A stretch of DNA of 42,785 nt from NCBI GenBank assembly GCA_037440005.1, contig JBBIUY010000027.1, positions 1-42,785 of the forward strand, given 5' to 3'. The stretch is from Armatimonadota bacterium (GTDB taxonomy: Bacteria; Sysuimicrobiota; Sysuimicrobiia; Sysuimicrobiales; Kaftiobacteriaceae). Shown one piece after another: positions 28,949 to 38,747 of this stretch. Every line of letters begins with the position of its first letter. Within the stretch, counting starts at the first letter, position 1. Made by a program: the position numbers and the translations under genes. The notes beneath the pieces were generated by a model. The model saw only the letters and a list, made by a program, of their open reading frames with translations. It did not search any database and had not been told where the DNA came from.

Positions 28949-30817
28949 CTACCGCACCGCCGCCTTCCGGGAGGCGACCAGCGCCCGCACCGCGTCGGCG
29001 ATGTGCCGGGCGCTGATCCCGGCGGCGTCCAGCAGCTCGTCGGGAGTTCCCGAGCCCGGCATCTCCCGCACCCCCAGGACCCGCACCGGCGGCAGCGGCT
29101 CGCCCGCCCCCGCCAGCGCGGCCAGGACCGCCTCCCCCAGTCCCCCTTCCGGCCAGTGGTCTTCCACCGTCACCACCGCGCCGGTCTCCCGGGCCGCCTG
29201 CCGCACCGTGGCGGCGTCCAGGGGCTTGACCGAGTAGGCGTCCACCACCCGCACGGCGATCCCGTCTTCCGCCAGCCGGTCGGCCGCCCGCAGGGCCTCG
29301 TGGACCGTGATCCCCGCGGCCACCACCGTGGCGGCGTCCCGGTCCGACCGCCGGAGCACGCAGCTGCCGCCCACGGGAAACCGCCGTCCCGGCGGGTAGA
29401 TGACCGGGGTCTTCTCTCGGGTCGTGCGCAGGTACACGATGCCGGGGCGGTCCACCATCTCGGCCACCAGGGCGGCGGTCTGGTTCGCGTCGCACGGGTA
29501 CAGGACCGTGCTCCCGCCCACGGCCCGCATCATGGCCAGGTCCTCCAGGCCCATCTGGGAAGGGCCGTCCCACCCGATGGACACCCCGGCGTGGGAGCCC
29601 ACCAGCCGCAGGGACGCCCGGGAGACGGCGGCCATGCGGATGAAGTCGTAGGCCCGGGTCAAGAACGCCGCAAACGTCGACGCGAACGGCGCGTATCCCC
29701 GCACCTGCAGCCCCACCGCCGCGGCCACCATCTGCTGCTCGGCGATGAACATCTCGAAGTACCGCTCCGGGAACGCCCGGGCGAAGTCCTCGGCGTAGGT
29801 CGAGTTGTTCACCTCGCCGTCCAGGACCACCACCTCGGGACGCGCGGCGCCCACGGCCACCAGGGCGTCGCCGTACGCCCGCCGGGTGGCCACGCTGTCG
29901 CCCACCCGGTACGCCGGCAGCTGCAGGAGACCGGCCGGAGGCCGCGGGGCCGGGGTCAGGGGAGGCGGCGGGGACACCTCCACCGTCAGGTGCCGCTCGC
30001 CCCCCAGGTCGGCGATGGCCCGCGCGGCCAGGTCCCGGGGCAGGGCCTTGCCGTGCCAGCCCTCGGCATCCTCCACCGCGCCGACCCCCCGCCCTTTGCG
30101 GGTGCGGGCCAGGATCATGGTGGGCACGTCGCCGTCGGCGGACGCCGCCGCCTGGGCGAACGCCCGGTCGATCTCCTCCAGGTTGTGGCCGTCGATCTCC
30201 AGGGCCTGCCAGCCGAAGGCCCGGGCGCGCCGGGCGTAGGCGGAGGTGTCCCACCCCCACATGGTGGGTCCCCGCTGGCCCAGCCGGTTGACGTCCACGA
30301 TGCAGATCAGGTTGCCCAGCCGGTAGTAGGCCGCGTGCTCCACCGCCTCCCACACCGCACCCTCGGCCATCTCGCTGTCCCCCGACAGCACCCACACCCG
30401 CGACGGCAGGCGGTCCAGGTAGCGCGCGGCCAGGGCCAATCCCACCCCGATGGCGAGCCCCTGCCCCAGCGACCCGGTGGCCACCTCCACCCAGGGCAGG
30501 ACCGGCGTGGGGTGACCCTCCAGGCGGCTGCCGAACCGGCGCAGGGACAGCAGTTCCTGGTCGGTGATGGCGCCGGCGGCCTTCAGCATGGCGTACAGCA
30601 GCGGGGCCGCGTGGCCCTTGGAGAACACCAGGTGGTCGCGCGCGGGGTGGCGCGGGGCGCGCACGTCGTAGCGCAGGTGGCCGGCCAGCAGGACCGCCAT
30701 CAGGTCGGCCGCCGACAGGCACGAGGTCGGATGCCCGGACCCGGCCTCGGTGGTGGCCCGGATGCTGTCCACCCGCAGCTGGGCCGCCAGGTCACGCATC
30801 AGATCGAGACGGGTCAT
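28949..30817 (-). CDS. tkt: Transketolase
   Basis: GSGHPTS, SKGHAAP, TGSLGQG, GDSEMAEG...N, MFIAEQ, GPSQM. Confidence 0.95.
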   Translation of the reverse strand: MTRLDLMRDLAAQLRVDSIRATTEAGSGHPTSCLSAADLMAVLLAGHLRYDVRAPRHPARDHLVFSKGHAAPLLYAMLKAAGAITDQELLSLRRFGSRLEGHPTPVLPWVEVATGSLGQGLAIGVGLALAARYLDRLPSRVWVLSGDSEMAEGAVWEAVEHAAYYRLGNLICIVDVNRLGQRGPTMWGWDTSAYARRARAFGWQALEIDGHNLEEIDRAFAQAAASADGDVPTMILARTRKGRGVGAVEDAEGWHGKALPRDLAARAIADLGGERHLTVEVSPPPPLTPAPRPPAGLLQLPAYRVGDSVATRRAYGDALVAVGAARPEVVVLDGEVNNSTYAEDFARAFPERYFEMFIAEQQMVAAAVGLQVRGYAPFASTFAAFLTRAYDFIRMAAVSRASLRLVGSHAGVSIGWDGPSQMGLEDLAMMRAVGGSTVLYPCDANQTAALVAEMVDRPGIVYLRTTREKTPVIYPPGRRFPVGGSCVLRRSDRDAATVVAAGITVHEALRAADRLAEDGIAVRVVDAYSVKPLDAATVRQAARETGAVVTVEDHWPEGGLGEAVLAALAGAGEPLPPVRVLGVREMPGSGTPDELLDAAGISARHIADAVRALVASRKAAVR

Positions 30818-30831
30818 GGAATCCTCCGGGG

Positions 30832-30875
30832 AGGGAAAAGGGGAAAGGGAAAAGGGGACAAGGGAGGAAGAGGGG
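30832..30875. repeat. Single-arm purine heptamer tract (AGGGAAA-like)
   Basis: AGGGAAA AGGGGAA AGGGAAA AGGGGAC... filling the sufU-tkt spacer. Confidence 0.8.
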
Positions 30876-30877
30876 CG

Positions 30878-31342
30878 TCATCGTTCGGTGGTCGTCCGGG
30901 CGGTGACGGCGCCCCGCCCCGCCGCAAACTCGTCCATCCCCTGCTCCAGGGCCACCCAGGCCAGGGTCGCGCACTTGATCCGCACGGGGAACTTGCGCAC
31001 GCCCTGCAGGGCCACCAGATCGCCCAGCTCGTCCTCGGACGCCGGCTCGCCGTGCATCATGCCCTTAAAGCGCGCCACCAGGGCCCGGGCCTGCTGCAGG
31101 GTCTTGCCCTTGATCTGTTCGGTCATCATCGAGGCCGACGCCTGGCTGATGGAGCAGCCGCGGCCGACAAAGCGGGCGTCGGTGACCGTGTCGCCCGAGA
31201 CCTTCACGTAGATGGCCAGCTCGTCGCCGCACAGGGGGTTGGCGCCCTCGACGGCGATGTCGGCGTCCTCCAGGGTCCCCCGGTTGCGGGGCCGGGTGTA
31301 GTGGTCCAGGATGACTTCCCGGTACAGGTCGTCCAGGCCCAT
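30878..31342 (-). CDS. sufU: SUF system sulfur-transfer protein SufU
   Basis: LYREVILDHY, NPLCGD, GCSISQASAS, RIKCA. Confidence 0.96.
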   Translation of the reverse strand: MGLDDLYREVILDHYTRPRNRGTLEDADIAVEGANPLCGDELAIYVKVSGDTVTDARFVGRGCSISQASASMMTEQIKGKTLQQARALVARFKGMMHGEPASEDELGDLVALQGVRKFPVRIKCATLAWVALEQGMDEFAAGRGAVTARTTTER

Positions 31343-31404
31343 CGGGTCTCCCGGTCAGCATACCACACCGCGGCCCGCGGAGCACCCGGGCGGCCCGCGG
31401 CGCG

Positions 31405-32643
31405 CTACGCCGGCGCCGGCCGGGGAGCGAACAGGCGGCGCACCAGGTGCAGGCCCCGCACCAGGGCGTCGATGTCGTCCTCGGTGTTGTACAGGTACAC
31501 GCTGGCCCGCACGGTGGCCGGCACCCCCAGCCGCCGGTGCAGCGGCTGGGCGCAGTGGTGCCCGGCCCGCACCGCGATCCCCTCCTGGTCGAGGACCTGG
31601 GCCACGTCGTGGGGGTGGGCCACGTCCACCCAGAAGGCCACGGCACCGCCCCGCAGGCTCGCGTCCCGGGGACCGTACACCGTGATCCCGGGCACCTCCG
31701 CCAGCCGGTCTAGGGCGTAGGCCACCAGGCGCCGCTCGTGCTCCCGGATGGCCTCCAGGCCGATGCGCTGCAGGTAGTCGATAGCCTCCGCCCACACGAT
31801 GCAGTCGGCGATGTTGGGGGTGCCGGCCTCAAACTTGTGGGGCGGGTCCTTGTAGGTGGACCGTTCCAGCTGCACCAGCAGGATCATCTCGCCGCCGCCG
31901 TGGAACGGCGGCATGGCCTCCAGGAGCTCGTAGCGGGCCCACAGGGCTCCGGCGCCGGTGGGACCGCACATCTTGTGGGCGGAGAAGGCGTAGAAGTCCA
32001 CGCCCAGGTCCGCCACGTTCACCGGCATGTGGGGAGCCGCCTGGGCGCCGTCCACCAGCACCCGGGCGCCGGCGGCCCGGGCCCGGGCGGCGATCTCCCG
32101 AATGGGGTTGATGGTGCCGAGCACGTTGGACTGGTGGGTGACCGCCACCAGCCGGGTGCGCTCCCCCAGCAGCTGCTCGTAGGCGTCCAGGTCCAGCAGG
32201 CCCTGGCCGTCAAAGGGCACAAACCGCAGCACCGCCCCCGTCTGCTGGGCCACCATCTGCCAGGGCACCAGGTTGCTGTGGTGCTCCATCTCGGTGAGGA
32301 CGATCTCGTCCCCCGGCCGCAGGGTCGCCCTCGCCCAGGTGTAGGCCACCAGGTTGATGGCCTCGGTGGTGCCCCGGGTGAACACCACCTCCTCCGGTCG
32401 CCGGGCGCCGATGAACGCCGCCACCGCGGCCCGCGCCTGCTCGTAGCGGTGGGTGGCCTCCTCGGCCAGGGCGTAGATCCCCCGGTGGACGTTGGCGTTG
32501 TACTCGGTGTAGTAGCGGATCAGGGCGTCCAGGACCCGGCGGGGCTTCTGGGAGGTGGCCGCGCTGTCCAGGTAGACCAGGGGTTTGCCATGCACCCGGC
32601 GCGCCAGGATGGGAAAGTCCGCCCGGACCGTCTCCGGCACCAT
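31405..32643 (-). CDS. sufS: Cysteine desulfurase SufS
   Basis: YLDSAATSQKP, EHHSN, SAHKMCGP, RAGHHCA (group II). Confidence 0.97.
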   Translation of the reverse strand: MVPETVRADFPILARRVHGKPLVYLDSAATSQKPRRVLDALIRYYTEYNANVHRGIYALAEEATHRYEQARAAVAAFIGARRPEEVVFTRGTTEAINLVAYTWARATLRPGDEIVLTEMEHHSNLVPWQMVAQQTGAVLRFVPFDGQGLLDLDAYEQLLGERTRLVAVTHQSNVLGTINPIREIAARARAAGARVLVDGAQAAPHMPVNVADLGVDFYAFSAHKMCGPTGAGALWARYELLEAMPPFHGGGEMILLVQLERSTYKDPPHKFEAGTPNIADCIVWAEAIDYLQRIGLEAIREHERRLVAYALDRLAEVPGITVYGPRDASLRGGAVAFWVDVAHPHDVAQVLDQEGIAVRAGHHCAQPLHRRLGVPATVRASVYLYNTEDDIDALVRGLHLVRRLFAPRPAPA

Positions 32644-32669
32644 CGGCCTCTCCTCCCCCTCCCGGCCCC

Positions 32670-33026
32670 TCAGGGCTTGTGGGGCATCCCGCGACCCCGC
32701 TGGGGGACCGGCCGCACCCGGACTTGCCCGTCGGCCACCTGGACCGGGTAGGTGTTCACCGGGAAGACGGCCGGCAGCGAGAGCACCCGCCCGGTGGGCA
32801 GGTGAAACCGCGACCCGTGCCGGGGACAGGCCACGATGTCGCCGTGCAGGGTCCCACTGGCCAGGGACGCTTCCTCGTGGGTGCAGGTGTCGTCGATGGC
32901 GTAAAAGGTGCCGCCCACGTTGAAGACGGCGATCCGCCGCCCCTCCAGGGTCACCACCTTGGCCGTTCCCGGCGCGATCTCGTCGACCGCCGCCACAGGC
33001 ACGAACTCCGCCGTCGCCTCGGTCAT
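32670..33026 (-). CDS. Rieske-type [2Fe-2S] ferredoxin
   Basis: CTHEEASL...CPRHGSRF; ATG overlaps the sufD stop (ATGA). Confidence 0.93.
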   Translation of the reverse strand: MTEATAEFVPVAAVDEIAPGTAKVVTLEGRRIAVFNVGGTFYAIDDTCTHEEASLASGTLHGDIVACPRHGSRFHLPTGRVLSLPAVFPVNTYPVQVADGQVRVRPVPQRGRGMPHKP

Positions 33027-34339
33027 ACCGCCATCTTGGCCTCGATCCGCTCGGCCAGCAGCTCCCGCACCGGCTCCAGGGGCACCCGGTCCAGCACCTC
33101 GGCGAAGAACCCCTCGACCACCATGCGCACCGCCTGGGAGCGGGTCACGCCCCGGCTCATGAGGTAGAACAGGTGCTCCTCGCTGAGCCGGCTGGTGGCG
33201 GAGCCGTGGGTGCAGCGCAGGTCGTTGGCCATGATCTCCAGATTGGGGATGCTGTCGGCCTTGGCGCCCTCGCTGAGGATGAGGTTCCGGTTGGCCTGGA
33301 AGGCGTTGGTCTTCTGGGCCCCGTAGTGCACCCGGATCAGCCCCGAGAAGACACTGCGGGCGCGGTCGCGGACGGCGTTCTTGTACAGCAGGTCCGACAG
33401 GGTGTGGGGCGCCCGGTGCTCCTGCAGGGTGTGGATGTCCACGTGCTGGTGGTCGTCCCCGAACACCAGCCCCAGCATCTCGGAACTGGCTCCGGGCCCC
33501 GCCAGGATCGACTCCACCCGCAGTTTCGTGACCCGCCCTCCCAGGGCGGCCTGCAGGGTGTGCAGGGCGCTGTCCTTGCCCAGGACCGCCCGGATGACAC
33601 CCACCTCGCGGACGTGAGGGCCCGCCTGGTGCAGGGTCACCAGCCGCACGTGGGCGCCTTCGTCCAGGACGACCTCGACGGCCGGCACCGTCAGGGCGCT
33701 TCCCTCTCCGGCGGATCCGGTGGCGGCGATCACGGTCAGTCGGCTGGCCCGCCCCGCCACCACCAGCAGGTGCGGGGCCAGGATCAGGCGGTCTCCCTCG
33801 ATCCAGGTCACCACCAGAATGGGGGCGGCCACCTCCACCCCGTCGGGGACCGCCACCACGGCCCCCCCGGTCCCTGCGGCCGCGTGCAGGGCGGCGAGGT
33901 AGCCGTCCTGGGGGCGGATGGCCTCCGTCATCCACCACCGGCGTACCAGGTCGGGATGCTGGCGGGCCGCGGCGGGCAGGTCGGCGACGACGACACCCCG
34001 GGCGGCCAGCGCGGGGTCCACGGACGCGCGGACGGCCCGGACGTTGCGGTGCACCAGCACGCCGGCAGGCGAGGCCCACCGGCCCAGCAGGTCCGCGAGC
34101 GCCTCCGGCAGGGGGCCGTCGGGGTCGGGGCCGCCCGGCTGCAGGCCGTCCACCGACAGGACCGCCGGGTCGGTGCGCCGCCACTCCTCGTCGGCGGGAG
34201 AGGGGGGCGCCAGGCGCCCCAGGGCTTCCCAGGCGGCCAGCCGCCCCTGGCGCATCCAGGCGGGCTCGTCCAGCCGCGCCGACAGCGCCTCCACGGCGGC
34301 GCGGTCCACGGGCACGGGGACGGTGCGGACCTCGGCCAT
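33023..34339 (-). CDS. sufD: Fe-S cluster assembly protein SufD
   Basis: EEWRRT, SVFSGLI, IPNLEI, CTHGSA, FYLMSRG. Confidence 0.95.
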   Translation of the reverse strand: MAEVRTVPVPVDRAAVEALSARLDEPAWMRQGRLAAWEALGRLAPPSPADEEWRRTDPAVLSVDGLQPGGPDPDGPLPEALADLLGRWASPAGVLVHRNVRAVRASVDPALAARGVVVADLPAAARQHPDLVRRWWMTEAIRPQDGYLAALHAAAGTGGAVVAVPDGVEVAAPILVVTWIEGDRLILAPHLLVVAGRASRLTVIAATGSAGEGSALTVPAVEVVLDEGAHVRLVTLHQAGPHVREVGVIRAVLGKDSALHTLQAALGGRVTKLRVESILAGPGASSEMLGLVFGDDHQHVDIHTLQEHRAPHTLSDLLYKNAVRDRARSVFSGLIRVHYGAQKTNAFQANRNLILSEGAKADSIPNLEIMANDLRCTHGSATSRLSEEHLFYLMSRGVTRSQAVRMVVEGFFAEVLDRVPLEPVRELLAERIEAKMAV

Positions 34340-34340
34340 C

Positions 34341-37300
34341 CTAGCCCACGGAGCCTTCCATCTCCAGGGCGATCAGGCGGTTCAGCTCGACGGCGTACTC
34401 CAGCGGGAGCTCTTTGACGATGGGCTCCACGAAGCCCCGGACGATCATGTTCATGGCCTCGTCTTCCCGGATCCCGCGGCTCATCAGGTAGAACAGCTGC
34501 TCGTCGGACACCTTGCTCACGGTGGCCTCGTGGGTGATGGAGACGTCCACCTCGTCGATCTCCATGGTGGGGTAGGTGTCGCTGCGGCTGCGGTCGTCCA
34601 GGATCAGCGCGTCGCAGCGCACCGCCGACCGGCTGCCCTTGGCGCCCGGGTAGATCTTCACCAGCCCCCGGTACCCGGCCCGCCCGCCGTCCTTGGCGAT
34701 GGACTTGCTGACCACCACCGACTGGGTGTAGGGGGCGGCGTGGATCACCTTCCCGCCCGGATCCTGGTGCTGCCCCCGGCCCGCGAACGCCACCGACAGG
34801 ATCTCGGCCTTGGCGCCGGGCTCCACCATGTAGACGCTCGGGTACTTCATGGTGATCTTGCTGTTGTGGACGATGAACCCGTTGGCGACGAAGTTGTGGG
34901 CGTCGGCGATTTCCAGGTCCCAGGTGTCCTCGACGCCTTCGGGCTCGATGGTCGCCACCCGCGCGAAGTGCACGGGGCGCTCAAAGGCCCGCTCGCCAAA
35001 GTACAGAAAGTAAGGGGTGTACTCCTTGGCGACCGTTCCAAGAGGCTTCTTGTCCACCCGCGACCACCGGCTGATCTTCCGCGGGTCCAGGCCGCACGAG
35101 ACGGCGAGCGCCTTGACGTCCTCCAGCAGGGCGCGGTTGACGCTGGTGATGGACAGGTTCGTGTGGTTGGCCCGGCGATAGCCGTCGGCGGCGACGTACC
35201 CCTCGATGAACGCCAGCCGCTGGGAGCGGGGCAGGGTGTAGACCCAGCGGGGGACCCGCTTCTCCCGCGCCGTCCCGGCAAAGCCCGCGGCGAGGATGAA
35301 GTCGCGGAGCTGCACCGAGTTGACGCGGACCACGCCTCCCTGGACGTCGGGGTCATCGATGCCGAACACCGCGCTCAGAAGCTGCAGCAGCTTGGGGTGG
35401 GCGGGATCCCGCGGCGGCACCGCGAAGTAGACCCGGGCGCGGTCCACGTACCCGTCCCCCACGTAGACCCCCAGCAGCCACATCAAATCGTCGGAACTCA
35501 CCCGCGGGGGGATGAGCTGCTTCGTCCCCCGCGCCGGGACCGGGTCGAACACCCGGGCGGTCCCGCTGTCCGGCACGCTGCCGGCGATGGCCACCAGGTC
35601 GTCGGTGGTCAGTTCGTCCAGGCGCTTCCACGCCAGGAAGAGGTGCCGGCCCCGCTTGGACAGCGTCAGGAACGGGTGGTTGGCCGTCGCGCGAATTTCC
35701 CGGTGGTTGTCGGTCCGCAGCCGGTAGACCTTCTGGCGCCCGCTGTAGCGGGTGGCCACCACCTTATGCCGGGTGAGGGTCAGATCCCCGTCCACGGCGT
35801 AGACGACGTCGCCGGGCGCGACTTCGCTGATGGGTTTCACGTCGTTGTTCAGCAGCACCCGGGTGTCGCCGGTCAGGCACCCCAGGTTCCCGTCGATCCA
35901 CTCCATGGTGGCGTCCCGGTAGGCCACCGCCCGCTTGGTCACCAGGTTGTAGACGTTGGTGGACCAGTTCTGGATGGTGGTGTAGCGGCAGCGGGCGCCC
36001 TCCTTGACGATGATCTCCACCACCGCGCTGTGCAGCGAGTCGGTGGTGTAGATGGGCGCCGTACAGTTGTGCACCGCGAAGCCGCGCACCAGGTAAGAGT
36101 TCGGACCCTCCACGTCGAGGTTGAAGACGAACCCCTCGTAGGGGACACGCCGGATGGCCTTGATGGGGACCAGGAAGTAGTCCCCCGCGTCGCGCACCTC
36201 CCCCATGCGCCGCCCGGGGGTCCAGGTAAGGACGAACTGGTCCCGGCGACAGATCCGCCGGCCCTGGATGTGGTCCGGGCCTCCCTTGCGGACCTGGATG
36301 CTGGCGTAGATACCCTGGCGGGCCAGCAGCTCCTGAACCTGGCGGGCCAGGGTTTCGGAGGCCGTGGCGATCCGACGCAGTTCCCCCGAAGGCCGCGGCG
36401 AGCGGTTCCCATCCCCCGCGAAGTAACCCTCCAGGAGAGGCGCCACCTGCTCCGGTGGAAGCGCCATGATCGCCTCGCTCAACCGCTTCTCCGCCGCTCC
36501 TTTGCCGGCGTGCTCCAGGCAAAACTCCATCAGCTCCCGGGAGTAGACCGAGACGGTCACCGCGTGTTTGCCCGGCACCCGCACCACCTGGGGTTTCTTC
36601 CCCGTGACCTGCTGGATGAGGCGCTGGACCTCCTCGACGGCCTGCACCTCGTGCTCGCCCAAGGAGAAGGCCACCACCGGCTGGTTGAGGGCCTTGTGAA
36701 CATACGCCGAGCCTTCCGCCAGGTAGTACCCGAGTAGTTTCAGCTGCTCGGGGGTGAACCGCGGATCGGTGCCCTGGGGTCTCACCTTTGGGAACACCAG
36801 GAAGTCCCCCTCCCGCAGCTCCCCCGCCGGCGTGTACTCCGGCCGCGCCCGCACCAGGCGGCTCGTATCCACTTCGGGACGCCACCCGTTGCGTGGCCGC
36901 CGTCGCACCAGGACTTCCTCCCGCCGCACCGCCAGAACGGGGTGCTCGGGCGTCAGCCGGAAGGTGTTATAGCGGGAGACCGACCGGATCTCCACGAGAT
37001 CCCCCCGATAGGGCCGGACCATCACCGCGCGCACCTTCGCTTTGTGGCCCGTTTCCGTCGCCACCTGGTCGCCCGGCTGAACGCTTTCCACATTCACCCA
37101 GCGGTCGCCCGTGCTGACCTGCTCTCCGGCGGGCAGGCAGCCCTCCACGTAATGCACGTAGGCCCCGGACTCCACGATGATCAGGGTGCGCTCGAACTGG
37201 CCCACGTTCTGGGCGTTGATGCGGAAGTAGGCCTGCAGGGGGATGTCCACCCGCACGCCCTCGGGCACGTAGATGAATGAGCCGCCGGACCACACGGCGC

Positions 37301-37838
37301 TGTTGAGGGCCGCGAACTTGTTGTCCTCGGGGGGCACCACGGTGCCGAAGTACTCCCGCACCAGGTCGGGGTACTGGCGCACCGCCGTGTCGGTGTCCAC
37401 GAAGATGACCCCCAGGCGCTCCCACTCCTCCTTGAGGTTGTGGTAGACCACCTCCGACTCGTACTGGGCCCCCACCCCGGCCAGGAACTTGCGCTCGGCC
37501 TCGGGGATGCCCAGCCGGTCGTAGGTGCGCTTGATCTCCTCGGGCAGCTCCTCCCAGGAGTGGACCTGCTTGTCGGTGGGCTTGATGTAGTAGTAGATCT
37601 CGTCAAAGTTGATCTGGGACAGGTCCGCTCCCCAGGTGGGCATCGGGCGGCGGATGAAGTGCTCGTAGGCGTGCAGCCGGAACGCCCGCATCCAGTCGGG
37701 CTCGCCCTTCAGCGCGGAAATCTCCTCCACCACGCGCCGGTCCAGCCCCTTGCGGGCCTTGTAGACGTACTTTTCGGGCTCCCGAAAGCCCCACTTGTAC
37801 TTGTCGAGGTCGATGCCCAGCGGATTCGTGACCGCCAT
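34341..37838 (-). CDS. sufB: Fe-S cluster assembly protein SufB precursor with two inteins (1165 aa; 468 aa after splicing)
   Basis: LAGVGAQYESEVVY, GQFERTL, YVEG|CTAP, NLG|SKITMKYPS, HEA, LEMEGSVG; two inserts removed give normal SufB size. Confidence 0.97.
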   Translation of the reverse strand: MAVTNPLGIDLDKYKWGFREPEKYVYKARKGLDRRVVEEISALKGEPDWMRAFRLHAYEHFIRRPMPTWGADLSQINFDEIYYYIKPTDKQVHSWEELPEEIKRTYDRLGIPEAERKFLAGVGAQYESEVVYHNLKEEWERLGVIFVDTDTAVRQYPDLVREYFGTVVPPEDNKFAALNSAVWSGGSFIYVPEGVRVDIPLQAYFRINAQNVGQFERTLIIVESGAYVHYVEGCLPAGEQVSTGDRWVNVESVQPGDQVATETGHKAKVRAVMVRPYRGDLVEIRSVSRYNTFRLTPEHPVLAVRREEVLVRRRPRNGWRPEVDTSRLVRARPEYTPAGELREGDFLVFPKVRPQGTDPRFTPEQLKLLGYYLAEGSAYVHKALNQPVVAFSLGEHEVQAVEEVQRLIQQVTGKKPQVVRVPGKHAVTVSVYSRELMEFCLEHAGKGAAEKRLSEAIMALPPEQVAPLLEGYFAGDGNRSPRPSGELRRIATASETLARQVQELLARQGIYASIQVRKGGPDHIQGRRICRRDQFVLTWTPGRRMGEVRDAGDYFLVPIKAIRRVPYEGFVFNLDVEGPNSYLVRGFAVHNCTAPIYTTDSLHSAVVEIIVKEGARCRYTTIQNWSTNVYNLVTKRAVAYRDATMEWIDGNLGCLTGDTRVLLNNDVKPISEVAPGDVVYAVDGDLTLTRHKVVATRYSGRQKVYRLRTDNHREIRATANHPFLTLSKRGRHLFLAWKRLDELTTDDLVAIAGSVPDSGTARVFDPVPARGTKQLIPPRVSSDDLMWLLGVYVGDGYVDRARVYFAVPPRDPAHPKLLQLLSAVFGIDDPDVQGGVVRVNSVQLRDFILAAGFAGTAREKRVPRWVYTLPRSQRLAFIEGYVAADGYRRANHTNLSITSVNRALLEDVKALAVSCGLDPRKISRWSRVDKKPLGTVAKEYTPYFLYFGERAFERPVHFARVATIEPEGVEDTWDLEIADAHNFVANGFIVHNSKITMKYPSVYMVEPGAKAEILSVAFAGRGQHQDPGGKVIHAAPYTQSVVVSKSIAKDGGRAGYRGLVKIYPGAKGSRSAVRCDALILDDRSRSDTYPTMEIDEVDVSITHEATVSKVSDEQLFYLMSRGIREDEAMNMIVRGFVEPIVKELPLEYAVELNRLIALEMEGSVG
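34863..35879 (-). mobile_element. SufB intein 2 (339 aa) with LAGLIDADG homing endonuclease
   Basis: Starts CLTGDT after GNLG; block B TANHPF; LLGVYVGDG and FIEGYVAADG; ends FIVHN followed by Ser+1. Confidence 0.95.
36066..37139 (-). mobile_element. SufB intein 1 (358 aa) with LAGLIDADG homing endonuclease
   Basis: Starts CLPAGE after YVEG; block B TPEHPV; LLGYYLAEG and LLEGYFAGDG; ends FAVHN followed by Cys+1. Confidence 0.96.
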
Positions 37839-37859
37839 CGGCTGCCCTCCCGTCGCGCG

Positions 37860-38690
37860 TCAGTGGGCCACCCAGAACACCTTGCCGGCCCGGCGGACGG
37901 CGCCCGCGGTGGCGACCTCGGCCGCCACCACCTCCACCTGGGCCTTGATCCCCTCGTAGCCGGTCTGCTCCAGCTCGTCGGCCAGCTCCGGACCGCCCGA
38001 GACCACGATGCGGCCGTCGAACATCACGTGGACCTGGGACGGCCGGATGTACTGCAGGATCCGGGAGTAGTGGGTGATCACCAGGATCCCCAGCTGTCCC
38101 CGGGCCTGCTCGAACATCCGGGTGACGCCGTCGGCCACCACCTTCACCGAGTCGATGTCCAGGCCGGAGTCGGTCTCGTCCAGGATGGCGATCTCGGGCT
38201 CCAGCAGCGCCATCTGGAGGATCTCGGCCCGCTTCTTCTCCCCGCCGCTGAAGCCCTCGTTGACGTAGCGGGAGACGATGGCGGGCTCGATGCGCAGCTC
38301 CTCCAGCTTCTGGCGCAGCAGCTTCTGGAACTCGCCCACCGGCATCAGCTCCTTCTGGTAGCCCCGGCGGGCGGAGACGGCGGTGCGCAGGAAGCTGCTC
38401 ATGGTGACGCCGGGAATGGCCACCGGGTACTGAAAGGCGATGAACAGCCCCTTGCGGGCCCGCTCGTCGGGGGGCATGGCCAGCAGGTCCTCGCCCTTGT
38501 ACAAGACCTCGCCCCGCACCACCTGGTAGAAGGGGTTGCCCATCAGGACGTTGGCCAGGGTGGACTTGCCCGACCCGTTGGGACCCATCAGGGCGTGGAT
38601 TTCGCCCCGGTTGATGGCCAGGGTCACCCCCTTGAGAATGACCTTGTCTTCCACCTGCACCGTCAGGTCCCTGATGTCCAGATCGGCCAT
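37860..38690 (-). CDS. sufC: Fe-S cluster assembly ATPase SufC
   Basis: GPNGSGKST, FQYP, NEGFSGGEKKR, LDETDSGLDID, ITHY; start MADLD at 38690. Confidence 0.97.
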   Translation of the reverse strand: MADLDIRDLTVQVEDKVILKGVTLAINRGEIHALMGPNGSGKSTLANVLMGNPFYQVVRGEVLYKGEDLLAMPPDERARKGLFIAFQYPVAIPGVTMSSFLRTAVSARRGYQKELMPVGEFQKLLRQKLEELRIEPAIVSRYVNEGFSGGEKKRAEILQMALLEPEIAILDETDSGLDIDSVKVVADGVTRMFEQARGQLGILVITHYSRILQYIRPSQVHVMFDGRIVVSGGPELADELEQTGYEGIKAQVEVVAAEVATAGAVRRAGKVFWVAH

Positions 38691-38712
38691 GGCTCCCCCG
38701 GATCCGCCGACG

Positions 38713-38737
38713 ATTCTCGACTTGCGCACTCAACAAC
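38713..38737 (-). promoter_or_regulatory. Candidate Rrf2/IscR-type operator in the suf leader
   Basis: GTTGTTGAGTGCGCAAGTCGAGAAT, an imperfect dyad just downstream of the promoter. Confidence 0.4.
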
Positions 38738-38747
38738 TTCCTCGCTC

